Origin: a virus
Taxonomy: Duplodnaviria > Caudoviricetes
Strand: one strand, 5' to 3'
Virus record (IMG/VR): IMGVR_UViG_3300045821_000013
Span: 1,027 to 65,026 of that record
Length of the DNA: 64,000 nt
Shown: positions 53,888 through 63,233 of the stretch, in pieces
How the letters are laid out: the number at the start of each line of letters is the position of its first letter
Numbering within the stretch: the first letter of the stretch is position 1
Position numbers and translations under genes: made by a program
The notes under the pieces: generated by a model
Seen by the model: only the letters and a program-made list of their open reading frames with translations
The model's database searches: none
Told to the model about the DNA's origin: nothing

Positions 53888-54699
53888 CAGATCGCCTTTC
53901 GAGCGTCTTGGTTGTTGCGCCTGGCCGGAGCCTGAATCGTGCCAAGAACATTGACGAATTCATTGCCGGGATTGTCGTTGTCGGTCAGGTCCAGATCGTC
54001 ATCGAAATCGGCGACGGAGGCAATCTGGCGCCGCTGCGGCCCTTCGCCGACGATGGACAATCCGCCCGCCGTCACCCAAATCGGCGTCTGAGCCTTTTCC
54101 TTGACGACGGAACCGATGGAGTCGAGGAAATGCTGGAAGATTTCCTTGGCCGCTTCATTCTCCGGCCTCATGCCTTCGCTCGGCACTCCCGACCAGCGGA
54201 ATTTGACCGGCTCCGGCTTCCCATTGACCATTTTGTAGGGGTCGATGAGCCGCTCGTTCAGGCACAGCTTGGTGATGGCGCGATAGAACGGGCGAGCCTT
54301 GTTGGCTTCCTCGCGGTCGCGCTCGGTGTGCGCGGACGACATGGCCTCGTCATAGGTGCGCTTATGATGAAGGATGGCCTCCACCATGCGGCTATGCGCC
54401 TCCTGCCGGGAAGCGAGAATTTCCGGAGCCACGCGCTTGCGGCTGGTTCCTTGGTCGGAAATCTCGGCGATGGCGAGAGCGAGGCCGCGAAACATCTGCT
54501 GCGCCGCGTCTCCCTCGATCGCCGCGCCGATCTGCGGCGAATTGCCTCCAGCCAGGGACTTGAGGATTGACGGGAGCGCCTTGTCGAGCGCGGCTTTCGT
54601 GGCCGCTTCGACAGCGGCCTGAAATTCATGCGATGACGTGTCGACAGCGGGCGGCGCAGGCTGTTCATGCACAGAAAAATCTTTGGCGTTCTCGCTCAT
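53887..54699 (-). CDS. Hypothetical protein
   Basis: 270-aa ORF between the cement and structural genes. Confidence 0.55.
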   Translation of the reverse strand: MSENAKDFSVHEQPAPPAVDTSSHEFQAAVEAATKAALDKALPSILKSLAGGNSPQIGAAIEGDAAQQMFRGLALAIAEISDQGTSRKRVAPEILASRQEAHSRMVEAILHHKRTYDEAMSSAHTERDREEANKARPFYRAITKLCLNERLIDPYKMVNGKPEPVKFRWSGVPSEGMRPENEAAKEIFQHFLDSIGSVVKEKAQTPIWVTAGGLSIVGEGPQRRQIASVADFDDDLDLTDNDNPGNEFVNVLGTIQAPARRNNQDARKAI

Positions 54700-54787
54700 G
54701 ATATTGATCCTCGGTCGGCGTCCACGCGGCGACATGGCTTAAATCCCGGCTGGAGGCGCGGCGGACTATTCCGCCGCGCCGATGGCG

Positions 54788-55339
54788 TCAGGCAACGGAG
54801 AAATTCTTCGTTGCGAACTTGTTGGCCTGATCGTCACGCACCATGGTCACGATCGCCGACGAAACCGTACCGGCGGAGAAACTGGTTCCGGCGGCGGTCT
54901 GAAACAGGAGGCGGTAATAGCGCGGGTTCAGGTTAGCCGGAAAAGCCGGCGGGAACTGGAAGCGCGCCAAAATCTGGCCCGCCGTCAACCTGCCGACTGC
55001 GACGGGTCCGGTTTCTTCCAGCGTCGTCCATGCGCCCGGCAGATAGTTGCCAGGGGCGCCGGTGTCCGGAGCCGCCTGCAAGGCGACATTGAGCGTGGCT
55101 CCATTGGCGGTGGCGCAGGCCACGCCGATAATCGCCTCGATCTGCGGCGTGATGCCGCCGACGCCGACATCGGAACCGAAATTGGTGACGTTGCCGATGA
55201 TATTTCCCGGCGCGGTTCCGACTCCCTGCCCAAGAACGTCGAGGACAATCGGGGAGGGAATGGCGACGCCAGCGCCCGCGACCAGCGACAAATTGCCGTT
55301 GATCGGAACGAAAGCAAGTTGTGAGTCCGTGATGCTCAT
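54788..55339 (-). CDS. Capsid cement protein (Bbp16-like)
   Basis: Directly downstream of the MCP; LNVALQAAPD...RYYRLLF. Confidence 0.7.
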   Translation of the reverse strand: MSITDSQLAFVPINGNLSLVAGAGVAIPSPIVLDVLGQGVGTAPGNIIGNVTNFGSDVGVGGITPQIEAIIGVACATANGATLNVALQAAPDTGAPGNYLPGAWTTLEETGPVAVGRLTAGQILARFQFPPAFPANLNPRYYRLLFQTAAGTSFSAGTVSSAIVTMVRDDQANKFATKNFSVA

Positions 55340-55365
55340 TTGAAAGTTCTCGCTCTCAGCAAGAG

Positions 55366-55390
55366 AAATGAAAGCGGGCGCGATGCCCGC
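55366..55390 (-). terminator. Terminator after the major capsid gene
   Basis: GCGGGC-ATCGC-GCCCGC-TTTCATTT. Confidence 0.5.
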
Positions 55391-55396
55391 CCATGA

Positions 55397-56440
55397 TTAC
55401 GAAACGACGGATTCGGTGTTCAGGATCTGGTCGATGATCTTCCACGGAATCCCACGGAAGCTGTCGACCGGGCGGCCGGCGTAGTCGTCAATGCGCAGCA
55501 ACACGTTGCGGTCGCGCATCGCCTGCACGTCCGCCCAATGGCGCATCGTGCGATTGGTGTAGATGACCGTGCGGACGGAAGGTTCGTCGCGCGGCGCATC
55601 GGACTTGACGACGCCGGAAGTCGACTTGGACAGCTTCGGAAACAGCAAAAGCTGCTGCGCGATCAGCGCGAAGATATCGGGCGCGTTGGGACCTGCCAGG
55701 CCCGCCGTCGTCACGTCGATGTTCGCAATGCGCGAACCGTAACGCCAGTCCTTCGGGCAAAGCCCGGCCTGCTGACGGAACCAGCTCGTATAAGCCTCGA
55801 ACCGATTGCCGAGCGCGTCGAAAGCCGGGGTCGTATCGCCCTTGTCCTCCATGTCGAGGCCCGCCTTGGAGCCGCGCGGATAAAGGCCAAAGATGGTTTC
55901 CGGCGACCAGCCGATAAGCCAGAGCGACGTGTTGGACGATCCGGTGCCGCCGGCATTGATGACGTTGGCCGCGTTCTGCGCGTTGTTGAGATTGACGGTG
56001 TTGTAGAAGGGCGTCAGGCCCATGAACGCCGCCGGATTGGTGACGGTGTTGCCGTAAAGGAAGGTTTCGGCAATGGTCTGCGACATGCCTTCGAGAAAGG
56101 CCACGTCCTCGGACTCGCGGAACTTTTCCTTGTCGCCGGAATGTTCGGCGAGAGCGCGGTCGACCTGGCTGTAATCTTCCAGCATCCCAAGGCCGACGCG
56201 CGCCTTGGCGGTGGTCGACTTGCTGTAGGGGACACCCTGATTATAGCCGCGCCACGAACCGGCGGGGATCGAGGTGCGAAACACGAATTCATGGCCCGTC
56301 GCTTCATTCGCTTCAACCCACGGAACATCGTCCGTGTAGTCATTCGACTGCGAGAGCATTTCCGCGATGACCGGAATCTTGCCTTCCGGATCGAGGCGGG
56401 TCGAAAGATCGAGGAGTGACGGCCATTGCCCTGTTGCCAA
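55397..56440 (-). CDS. Major capsid protein (TTG start)
   Basis: RBS taggagg; IAEMLSQSNDYTDDVPWVEAN...RTSIPAGSWRGYNQGV...SEDVAFLEGMSQ...FRGIP; BPP-1-like. Confidence 0.88.
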   Translation of the reverse strand: MATGQWPSLLDLSTRLDPEGKIPVIAEMLSQSNDYTDDVPWVEANEATGHEFVFRTSIPAGSWRGYNQGVPYSKSTTAKARVGLGMLEDYSQVDRALAEHSGDKEKFRESEDVAFLEGMSQTIAETFLYGNTVTNPAAFMGLTPFYNTVNLNNAQNAANVINAGGTGSSNTSLWLIGWSPETIFGLYPRGSKAGLDMEDKGDTTPAFDALGNRFEAYTSWFRQQAGLCPKDWRYGSRIANIDVTTAGLAGPNAPDIFALIAQQLLLFPKLSKSTSGVVKSDAPRDEPSVRTVIYTNRTMRHWADVQAMRDRNVLLRIDDYAGRPVDSFRGIPWKIIDQILNTESVVS

Positions 56441-56519
56441 TTTAGCCTCCTAATACATAGTGTTGATGGATCGTGGCAACCATGCTAGGCTGACCATCGA
56501 GTGAGCGGAGATGCCCTAG

Positions 56520-57089
56520 ATGCCGAAAGCACCCAAGCCTGCCCTGACTGCGGAATTTGTCCGATCCATCCTTGACTATGATCCGAACACCGGCGTGTTC
56601 CGTTGGCGGGTTCGCGCAGATCGCGCGAAAAACTGGAATACCCGTAACGCGGGGAAAGTCGCTGGAACGACGCACCCTGATGGGTACATCCTCATCCAGA
56701 TTGAAAAAGGCGCGCACTACGGAGCGCATGTTCTGGCGTGGCTTTACATGATGGGCGAGTGGAGGCCTGGCGGCGTTGACCATCTCCATGGTCTTCGTGG
56801 CGACAACAGGTTCTCCGAACTGCGTGCGGCGACATCCGTTGATAATGGGTGCAATAAGACGATGCAGAAGAACAACCGCACTGGCATCATTGGCGTTTGG
56901 TTCAATATGCAGCGCGGTAAATGGGAGGCGAGTATTTCCAGGGATGGTCGCCGCGTCTGGCGTAAGTTTTTTCCAACCCTTGAAGATGCCGCAAGCGCGC
57001 GTCACAGCGCCCTTGCAGAAATCCATGGCGAATTCGCCGTTTCCGACCACTTGACCCGGCCGCTCTATCACCATCGCCGCGATCATTGA
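56520..57089 (+). mobile_element. Free-standing HNH homing endonuclease with AP2 domain, antisense between scaffold and MCP
   Basis: LDYDPNTGVFRW...AHVLAWLYM...VDHLHGLRGDNRFSELR; AP2 GIIGVWF...KWEASI...FPTLEDAASAR. Confidence 0.88.
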
Positions 57090-57922
57090 CCGCTCCGATT
57101 GTACGTGTCTCGAAGTGTCCGCTTTGGCTGCGAACCGTTGCTTGGCGTCGGTTTTGGGTTGGGCGGCGGAAGCGAAGGCTCATCGAACGCTTTGCCGACA
57201 TTGACCATAAGGCGCAGGAAGGCCGGGTGATTTCCGGCGCCGGTGACAGCAAGGAATTGTTCGAACGCCGGTTTCATGGTTTCGGGAACAAACTTGTCGC
57301 GCATACGCGCCACCACGCCCATGGCCGTCCTGAAACCGGAGCCGCCCAATTCAGGATCGCCCATGACCTCTTTCACCCACGCTTCGTTGGTGGCATGAAA
57401 TTGGCGGAATTGTTCTTTCACCATGGCCTGGCTGGCGTCCGCCATGGCTTTGGCATGAAGATCGAGCAAAGGCTGAAATCCCTTTGCCGGATCGGCCCGA
57501 AATCCATCCAGAGCGGTGTGAAGCTCGCCCTTCAAGGCATCGTCAATCTTGATGGTTTCCGGAACCGCATATTCATATGCGACCGGAGGCAAGGCGGCGG
57601 GCGCGGCGGCTTCTGTCGGCGCAGCCTCGCCCTCGGCCTTCTTTTCTTCCGGCTTGGCTTCGACGGGCTTTGCAGTTTCGCCCGCCGGAGGCGTCACGCC
57701 GTCCAGATTTTTCGCTTCGGCTTCTTCGCGCTCGAACTTCTGGAGCAGCGTTTCGCCATGCTCCAAAGCGCCCTCAGTCGCAGGCGCGGCGGGAGCAGCG
57801 GGAGTTTCGAGGGCAGGAACCGCAGCGACGACGACGCCGGACGACGGCGCGGGTTCCTGCCCTCCCGTAACCGGGGGAATGGTCACGGATTCGGAAATTT
57901 CTTGTGGATTGATGTCAGCCAT
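57083..57922 (-). CDS. Capsid scaffolding protein
   Basis: Acidic Ala/Pro-rich N-terminus; GAGNHPAFLRLMVNVGKAFDE; upstream of the MCP. Confidence 0.7.
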   Translation of the reverse strand: MADINPQEISESVTIPPVTGGQEPAPSSGVVVAAVPALETPAAPAAPATEGALEHGETLLQKFEREEAEAKNLDGVTPPAGETAKPVEAKPEEKKAEGEAAPTEAAAPAALPPVAYEYAVPETIKIDDALKGELHTALDGFRADPAKGFQPLLDLHAKAMADASQAMVKEQFRQFHATNEAWVKEVMGDPELGGSGFRTAMGVVARMRDKFVPETMKPAFEQFLAVTGAGNHPAFLRLMVNVGKAFDEPSLPPPNPKPTPSNGSQPKRTLRDTYNRSGQ

Positions 57923-58307
57923 TATTCGCCCCTTTTGCGTTTTGCAGGGGCTTTGGGCTTGGCAAATCGCGGGTCATGCTCGTCCAGCATGGCAAACATG
58001 CCCGCGCGATCGAGCAGCGCCCACGACTGGTATAGGCGTTGACCAACAGCCTGTTCCCCGGCGTGGAACCAAGTTGCTTCTGGTTGCGGAAAGCCGGTCG
58101 GCCCGCAGGCGAAAACCGGCGAAAAGGTATGGCAGGCTTCAAGGACGCGCCACATTTCGCGGCGGCCGACTTCGGAAGCGAAAACAGCTTTCCAGAATTG
58201 CTGCGCGTCATGGCGGTCGCGCTCGCGCGCATTGAGCTTCTTGACCTGTTCGACCTCATCGGGCGTCTGGCCTTCATCGTTCTGTTCGACTTCAAGCTCG
58301 TATTCAT
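57915..58307 (-). CDS. Bbp19-like protein
   Basis: FWKAVFASEVGRREMWRVLEAC...FHAGEQAVG. Confidence 0.7.
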   Translation of the reverse strand: MNTSLKSNRTMKARRPMRSNRSRSSMRASATAMTRSNSGKLFSLPKSAAAKCGASLKPAIPFRRFSPAGRPAFRNQKQLGSTPGNRLLVNAYTSRGRCSIARACLPCWTSMTRDLPSPKPLQNAKGANNG

Positions 58308-58310
58308 CGG

Positions 58311-58820
58311 TCATTGCATCCCCGGCACGATGAGGCCGGAAGGCCGTTGCGTCATGCCCGGCGGCAGGGCGGCGACTCGATGCTGGCGCGTATCGCGGAA
58401 CGGCGCCGGAGCTGTAACGGGCAGGATCATGCCCATTTTGCCGGTCGCGCCTGTGCGTAGCTTTTCGACCTGAACAAGCAAGGCGCGAAGGTTCTCGGCG
58501 AGCTTGACGAAAAGGGGATGCTTCTGGCCTTCGGGAATCGGTGTCCGCCTTTTCGTGACCGGATCTTGAACGCCGCGCAGCCATTCTCCAGCCATGTTAT
58601 GGCATTTCGACATCATCAGGCCGATGGGAAGCCAGCGCGTGTCCTCGCGCCACGCCGAAGCCTGGCGGCAGCATCCTTCGACCAGTTTCAACTCGGTGCG
58701 GTACTGGTGATAGATCGGCCCTTTGAGCGGATGAACGGCCAAATCCTCGCAATGGTGAATCGCTTTTCCAAGCGAGTCGGCCATGCAATCGAAGATTTCC
58801 TGTTCGGTAAGTGCGCCCAT
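58311..58820 (-). CDS. Hypothetical protein
   Basis: About 170-aa ORF ending SGLIVP. Confidence 0.6.
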   Translation of the reverse strand: MGALTEQEIFDCMADSLGKAIHHCEDLAVHPLKGPIYHQYRTELKLVEGCCRQASAWREDTRWLPIGLMMSKCHNMAGEWLRGVQDPVTKRRTPIPEGQKHPLFVKLAENLRALLVQVEKLRTGATGKMGMILPVTAPAPFRDTRQHRVAALPPGMTQRPSGLIVPGMQ

Positions 58821-58933
58821 GCACAAGCCTTGCGTGACATGGGAAAAAAGGGCAACGCCCGTTGCGATTAGCCGATAATCATGGATATTATAAACTACAA
58901 GAAAGCATCATATTCGATTGGCGGTATAAGATA

Positions 58934-59176
58934 ATGACCGATGCGCCTCTCCAAACTGCTTTGAAACGCGACTACGATCATTTGACGCGCAAAGAGGCGG
59001 CTCACTACCTGACGACAAGAGGATGCCCGATATCGGCGGCGACACTCGCGGGCATGGCATCGAACGACAATGCCGGGAAGGGTCCGCCGTTCACTCGGTT
59101 CCGCTGGAAGCGCGTCATTTATCTGCGCAAGGACTTGGACGAGTGGATGGCGAAACAAACGACGAGGGTGGAATGA
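58934..59176 (+). CDS. Excisionase/AlpA-like HTH protein
   Basis: LTRKEAAHYL...ISAATLAGMA...GKGPPF...VIYLRKDLDEW. Confidence 0.75.
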   Translation: MTDAPLQTALKRDYDHLTRKEAAHYLTTRGCPISAATLAGMASNDNAGKGPPFTRFRWKRVIYLRKDLDEWMAKQTTRVE

Positions 59177-59352
59177 CCGAACTGACCAAACGCAACGGCG
59201 TCACCATCCGCCACCGCGAACGCCTACCGAGCAAGCGCAAGGTCAAGAAGATCATCCGCGATGTCTCCGCCGCTCTCGCCGCGCTCGGCGTCCATTGCGC
59301 GCGCGTGGCCGCCGCGAACGAATATCCGAAATTTGGCTGCAAGAGGAAATGA
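59173..59352 (+). CDS. Small basic hypothetical protein
   Basis: ATGA-coupled to the HTH gene. Confidence 0.45.
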   Translation: MTELTKRNGVTIRHRERLPSKRKVKKIIRDVSAALAALGVHCARVAAANEYPKFGCKRK

Positions 59353-59477
59353 CCATGCGCGCGAGCAACAAGGAAATCCTGTTTTTCTTCTGTGTCGGCA
59401 TAGCTTCGCCGTTCATCCTCCTGATTGGCATCATCTGGATTATTTGGGCGGCGCTCAAGGCGCTTGTTGGAAGATGA
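59349..59477 (+). CDS. Small membrane peptide
   Basis: ILFFFCVGIASPFILLIGIIWIIWAALKALV. Confidence 0.45.
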   Translation: MTMRASNKEILFFFCVGIASPFILLIGIIWIIWAALKALVGR

Positions 59478-59499
59478 TGGAGCGGGCGGATTGCAAGAA

Positions 59500-61326
59500 C
59501 TATTGCGCGCCGCCGCCAATTCCCATGAGAGCGCCAAGCCCATTGTTCCCGCCGGGAAGCTGCGTCTCCGATAAGGTCTTTGCCGCTTGAACGCCTGCCA
59601 TCGCCTGTTGCGGAGCTTGTGCTTTCGCCATTTCCTGTTCACGGATCTTGTCGTGCTGTTTCACTTCGTCCTCGGTGAACATGCAATCGGACGGGAAGTT
59701 GTTCAGATCGCCATATTTGCGCGCGGCCTTGTCGAGATTGATGACGCGGATCGGGTCAGGGACGCCAGCCGCCTTGGCGGCGCTGGATAGTTCTCCCAAG
59801 GTCTGGAATACGTCTTTCATGGCGACGGAACCGGCGCTGCGCATGGCCTGCCGCATCAAGCCCTCGAACGTCAGTTTGAGCGGAACGCCATGCAGGCTTT
59901 TCGGCATGGGTGCGAGTAGCCGCCGGCGCTGCGCTATGTCCATCACGCGATGGATGCAGATTGCAAGCTCGTTCTCTATCAGTTCAATGACCGGCCCAAG
60001 TTTCTGGAGGCGCTCCAGATCGCGCTTGGTCAATTCCAGTTCGTTGCGAGGCTGAACGCCTTGCATCTGTGTGATCGCCATGAACACGTCGACATAGAGG
60101 GCTTTTTCGATGCGGGCGTTCACCTTGTCGATATCGGCGATGATCGCGTTCAATCCAACAGGATTCGGTTCGAACAGGGGGAAATAGCCCTTCTTGCCGC
60201 CCGACGTGTCCACATAGGTCGTCTGGCCCGGCAGGATGCTCGAAGGCTCATTCTTCATGGAAGGATCGGCGCCCATGGGCGGCCGCACAAACTTTTCGAT
60301 AAGCTCGGCCTTGCGCAGCGTTTCCTTCTGCACTTGCTTGTTGTCTCCAAGCGCGTCCATGCAAGGCGAGCGGCCATAGGAATCGTTCGAGACACGCGAC
60401 CAGATAAATGTGAAAAATGGACGTGAGTTGAATCCCCGGCGCGAAAGCGGCTCATCGCATTTCATGCCCTTGAGCCAATAAATTTCCCGATAGACGAAAG
60501 AGCCTGGCAGGACTTTGACGGTCTTTCGGCCATCAGATCCGGACAGTTCAAAATTTGGCTCGATCATATGGCCGACGACAAATTCTTGATCGTGTGAGCC
60601 GGCTCCAGCCGCCCACAGCGATTTCACGTCCTGCGGGCATTTCTCAAGCCCGAACATTTCCACGATCTGCTGAACCGTCAGCGTGAATTCACGGATATGC
60701 GTGTCCGTCGACATGCGCGCGCCGACCTTGAGATAATATTCCCCGGCGCAGGGCAGATAGAACCGCACAATTTCGTCATAGTCCTCGTAGCAGATGACTG
60801 GCGCCGTCCCGAAAACCGTCACGTCCTCGAACGCCTGCGCCATGATCGTGTAGAAATTCGATTTCGACAGGATCGTGAACACATCGGACGCGATGCCGTC
60901 GACCCAAATCTTGCCGTCCGGTTCAAGTTGAAAATTCTCGTCCTGCGGTTCGACCTTGAACCATTGGCGCGTTGGGTTCGTCAAACCGGCCCACATGCCG
61001 CTGGAGCATGTGTTGACAGCGAGCGCGCCGGTCGCGTCGATGATGTTGTCATTGATCGCGGAGCCGCGATTCATGCGGTTCGCGGTGACAAGCCAGTGAT
61101 ATCGCCTCGGTTTGAAAAACTCGGCCAGGCGCGCCCAATGCGCCCACCATGAATAGCGCCACGATCGAGCGGACGCCAAAGATCCTTCCAGATGGGTGTA
61201 AATCACGTCCCATCCGTCGCTGTCCTTCGGCGTTTTGTCTTTCGGCGTTACGGGCTGCTGCGCGAGCAAACTCGGCCCCATTTGCTCATAGGTCGCAAAG
61301 CTGTTTGAGGCCATGTCATTCATCAA
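59500..61326 (-). CDS. Portal (head-tail connector) protein, T7/Bbp21 family
   Basis: IIDATGALAVNTCSSGMWAGLTNPTRQWF, FGTAPV, YGRSPCMDALGD, ELTKRDLERLQKLGPVIE. Confidence 0.9.
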   Translation of the reverse strand: MMNDMASNSFATYEQMGPSLLAQQPVTPKDKTPKDSDGWDVIYTHLEGSLASARSWRYSWWAHWARLAEFFKPRRYHWLVTANRMNRGSAINDNIIDATGALAVNTCSSGMWAGLTNPTRQWFKVEPQDENFQLEPDGKIWVDGIASDVFTILSKSNFYTIMAQAFEDVTVFGTAPVICYEDYDEIVRFYLPCAGEYYLKVGARMSTDTHIREFTLTVQQIVEMFGLEKCPQDVKSLWAAGAGSHDQEFVVGHMIEPNFELSGSDGRKTVKVLPGSFVYREIYWLKGMKCDEPLSRRGFNSRPFFTFIWSRVSNDSYGRSPCMDALGDNKQVQKETLRKAELIEKFVRPPMGADPSMKNEPSSILPGQTTYVDTSGGKKGYFPLFEPNPVGLNAIIADIDKVNARIEKALYVDVFMAITQMQGVQPRNELELTKRDLERLQKLGPVIELIENELAICIHRVMDIAQRRRLLAPMPKSLHGVPLKLTFEGLMRQAMRSAGSVAMKDVFQTLGELSSAAKAAGVPDPIRVINLDKAARKYGDLNNFPSDCMFTEDEVKQHDKIREQEMAKAQAPQQAMAGVQAAKTLSETQLPGGNNGLGALMGIGGGAQ

Positions 61327-61381
61327 CTACCCCTGCGCCGCAGCATTGAAATAGCGATAAAGAAGAGTCGTTTCAGCATCT

Positions 61382-62746
61382 TCAAAGCCCCGAACAAGAC
61401 ATTTCGATTACGTCGCCAGTCGTCCACGTCACAGCCGCTCCCGTTGTCCTCGAAAACGCTGTGAATGTTGCGGTATTAGTCGCCCACCCTGTCTGTGCAA
61501 CAACTACAGTTGTCGCGTTGGTCTTATCGTTGGCGTAACAATTCCATTCCGTAGTTGCTGACGGAAGATTGACCGTTCCCGTACTGCCGGACGGGCTTGC
61601 TGGGATGGTGACTTGAAAAGCCGTCGTACCATTCTGCGTTCCAACAGTTGTTGTATTGCCAAAACCAGCGTTCCATGTTGGAGCAGTAGCGCTATAAAAT
61701 ATACGGTTTGTAAGAAGGTTACCAAAAGCTCTGGCTTGGAATTGCCCGCCAACTTGGCTAGCCTGCTGTGTGCCGTTGGCTGAGTAAAATGTAACGTATG
61801 GGTTACCTTGCAGGTTCAATCCGCCTGCGGTAGTGACGCTTATTAAAGCCTGCCCGGCAGTTGATAAGCTCGGAGGAGCATAATTGCCGCCGATCCAAAG
61901 CGTTCCCGCATTGGTGCCAGTTGTCGGGGCGGTTGTCCCGCCCATGAGGGATGTCGTATTAATCGCGGGAGAGGCAACGCCAGCGCCAGAAAACTGCGTA
62001 GTACCGCTATACGTCACCGCGCCGGAAAAGGTCTGCGTCGCCGCAAGGAGAGCCAGCGTATCCGAGACGTTTCCGGTATTGGGAAACGTAATCGTGCGGG
62101 CTTGGGCGGAGGAATTGCCGGAGTTGATCGTGTCAATGACGGTCGTGCCATTGATAAGCAGCCCCGTTGTAGTGCGAATGCTCCCGGTTACGTCGAGAGT
62201 ATAGTTACCGGTTGTCGCTCCAATCGCTAGGAAGCTGCCGTTGTTTATGTAGCTAAAGCCAGACGCTCTTAACGAAACCCCGGTTACACCCGCATTATTC
62301 AACGCAAGCGTACCATTATCATTTGTGGCGGAAGTTCCCTGTAGAGAAAATGTTCCGTTGGTTCCATTATTTCCGGTAAAACCCGAAAACTGCGTTGAAG
62401 TCGTAACATATTGCCTTTGATTAAAAATATTTGCTGCCGTGGTCAGGGCCACGTTTGAGTAAAGGATACCGCTGTCAGCAACCGCCGCGCCGGAGGTTGA
62501 ATTCCATGTGACAAGATTGCCAACGACTGTCGTGCCCGGGCCTGTAATGCCACCAGAGCCGGACTGACAACCAAGAACGCCGGAGTTGTTATAGAGGAAC
62601 TGGCCCGGCGAGCAGCCTGAAATGGGAGAGACGCCAGAGGTGAGCGATCCGCCACCGCCGCCGCCACCAGGACCGGATATCTGCGCAAATGCCGACGACA
62701 TCGACAGGATCGAAATGAATAGAAAGGCAAGATACCGTTTCATCAT
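61382..62746 (-). CDS. Fibre-like protein with Sec signal peptide
   Basis: MKRYLAFLFISILSMSSAFA/Q; T/G/N-rich; Cys pairs GC...GC and WNCYA...MSC; lower GC. Confidence 0.65.
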   Translation of the reverse strand: MMKRYLAFLFISILSMSSAFAQISGPGGGGGGGSLTSGVSPISGCSPGQFLYNNSGVLGCQSGSGGITGPGTTVVGNLVTWNSTSGAAVADSGILYSNVALTTAANIFNQRQYVTTSTQFSGFTGNNGTNGTFSLQGTSATNDNGTLALNNAGVTGVSLRASGFSYINNGSFLAIGATTGNYTLDVTGSIRTTTGLLINGTTVIDTINSGNSSAQARTITFPNTGNVSDTLALLAATQTFSGAVTYSGTTQFSGAGVASPAINTTSLMGGTTAPTTGTNAGTLWIGGNYAPPSLSTAGQALISVTTAGGLNLQGNPYVTFYSANGTQQASQVGGQFQARAFGNLLTNRIFYSATAPTWNAGFGNTTTVGTQNGTTAFQVTIPASPSGSTGTVNLPSATTEWNCYANDKTNATTVVVAQTGWATNTATFTAFSRTTGAAVTWTTGDVIEMSCSGL

Positions 62747-62961
62747 TTGTCTCCCAAGGTGGCCTTGCCGCCGCCCGTAGAAGGGGCAGGCGCTCCCTGC
62801 GCTCCTGTCAGGACAGTTCCATCATATCCAGCGCCGCCAGCCGCCGCAGCGGCCGCCGCGCGGGCTGCGGCTCCGGAATCCTGAACCGCAGCGTTTGCCA
62901 TGGTCGGGGGATTTGGAGGCGGAGGCGGAGGCAACGGCGGCGATTGGTGCATAAAACCCAT
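62743..62961 (-). CDS. Small Pro/Ala-rich virion-associated protein
   Basis: PPLPPPPPP...GTVLTGAQG...KATLG, typical of pre-portal genes. Confidence 0.6.
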   Translation of the reverse strand: MGFMHQSPPLPPPPPPNPPTMANAAVQDSGAAARAAAAAAAGGAGYDGTVLTGAQGAPAPSTGGGKATLGDK

Positions 62962-62971
62962 GGTGGGTTCC

Positions 62972-63229
62972 TCAAATGAGTGCGATGCCGGCGAGCGCGC
63001 CTAAAATAACAGACGCGCCATATGAAATCAAAGAGGCAAGCCGATATTTGAATGGAACCGCATATTGGAGGCTTTCACCTATGTAAGCCACTCCCATCGA
63101 CGCCAAGGCGAGTTTCCAAGCCCACGGATGGCCGGTGGCGATTCCTGCCGCATACACTCCAGCCAGATAAAGCGATCCATGCGTGATGATCGCCACTCCT
63201 GACAATTTCTGGTCGTCGTCCATGTGCAT
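62972..63229 (-). CDS. Small multi-pass membrane protein
   Basis: Three hydrophobic segments. Confidence 0.55.
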   Translation of the reverse strand: MHMDDDQKLSGVAIITHGSLYLAGVYAAGIATGHPWAWKLALASMGVAYIGESLQYAVPFKYRLASLISYGASVILGALAGIALI

Positions 63230-63233
63230 ATCC

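Noticed and set aside
42456-62746. Diversity-generating retroelement, expected from the BPP-1-like head genes
   Set aside because: No reverse transcriptase motif and no TR/VR repeat pair seen by eye
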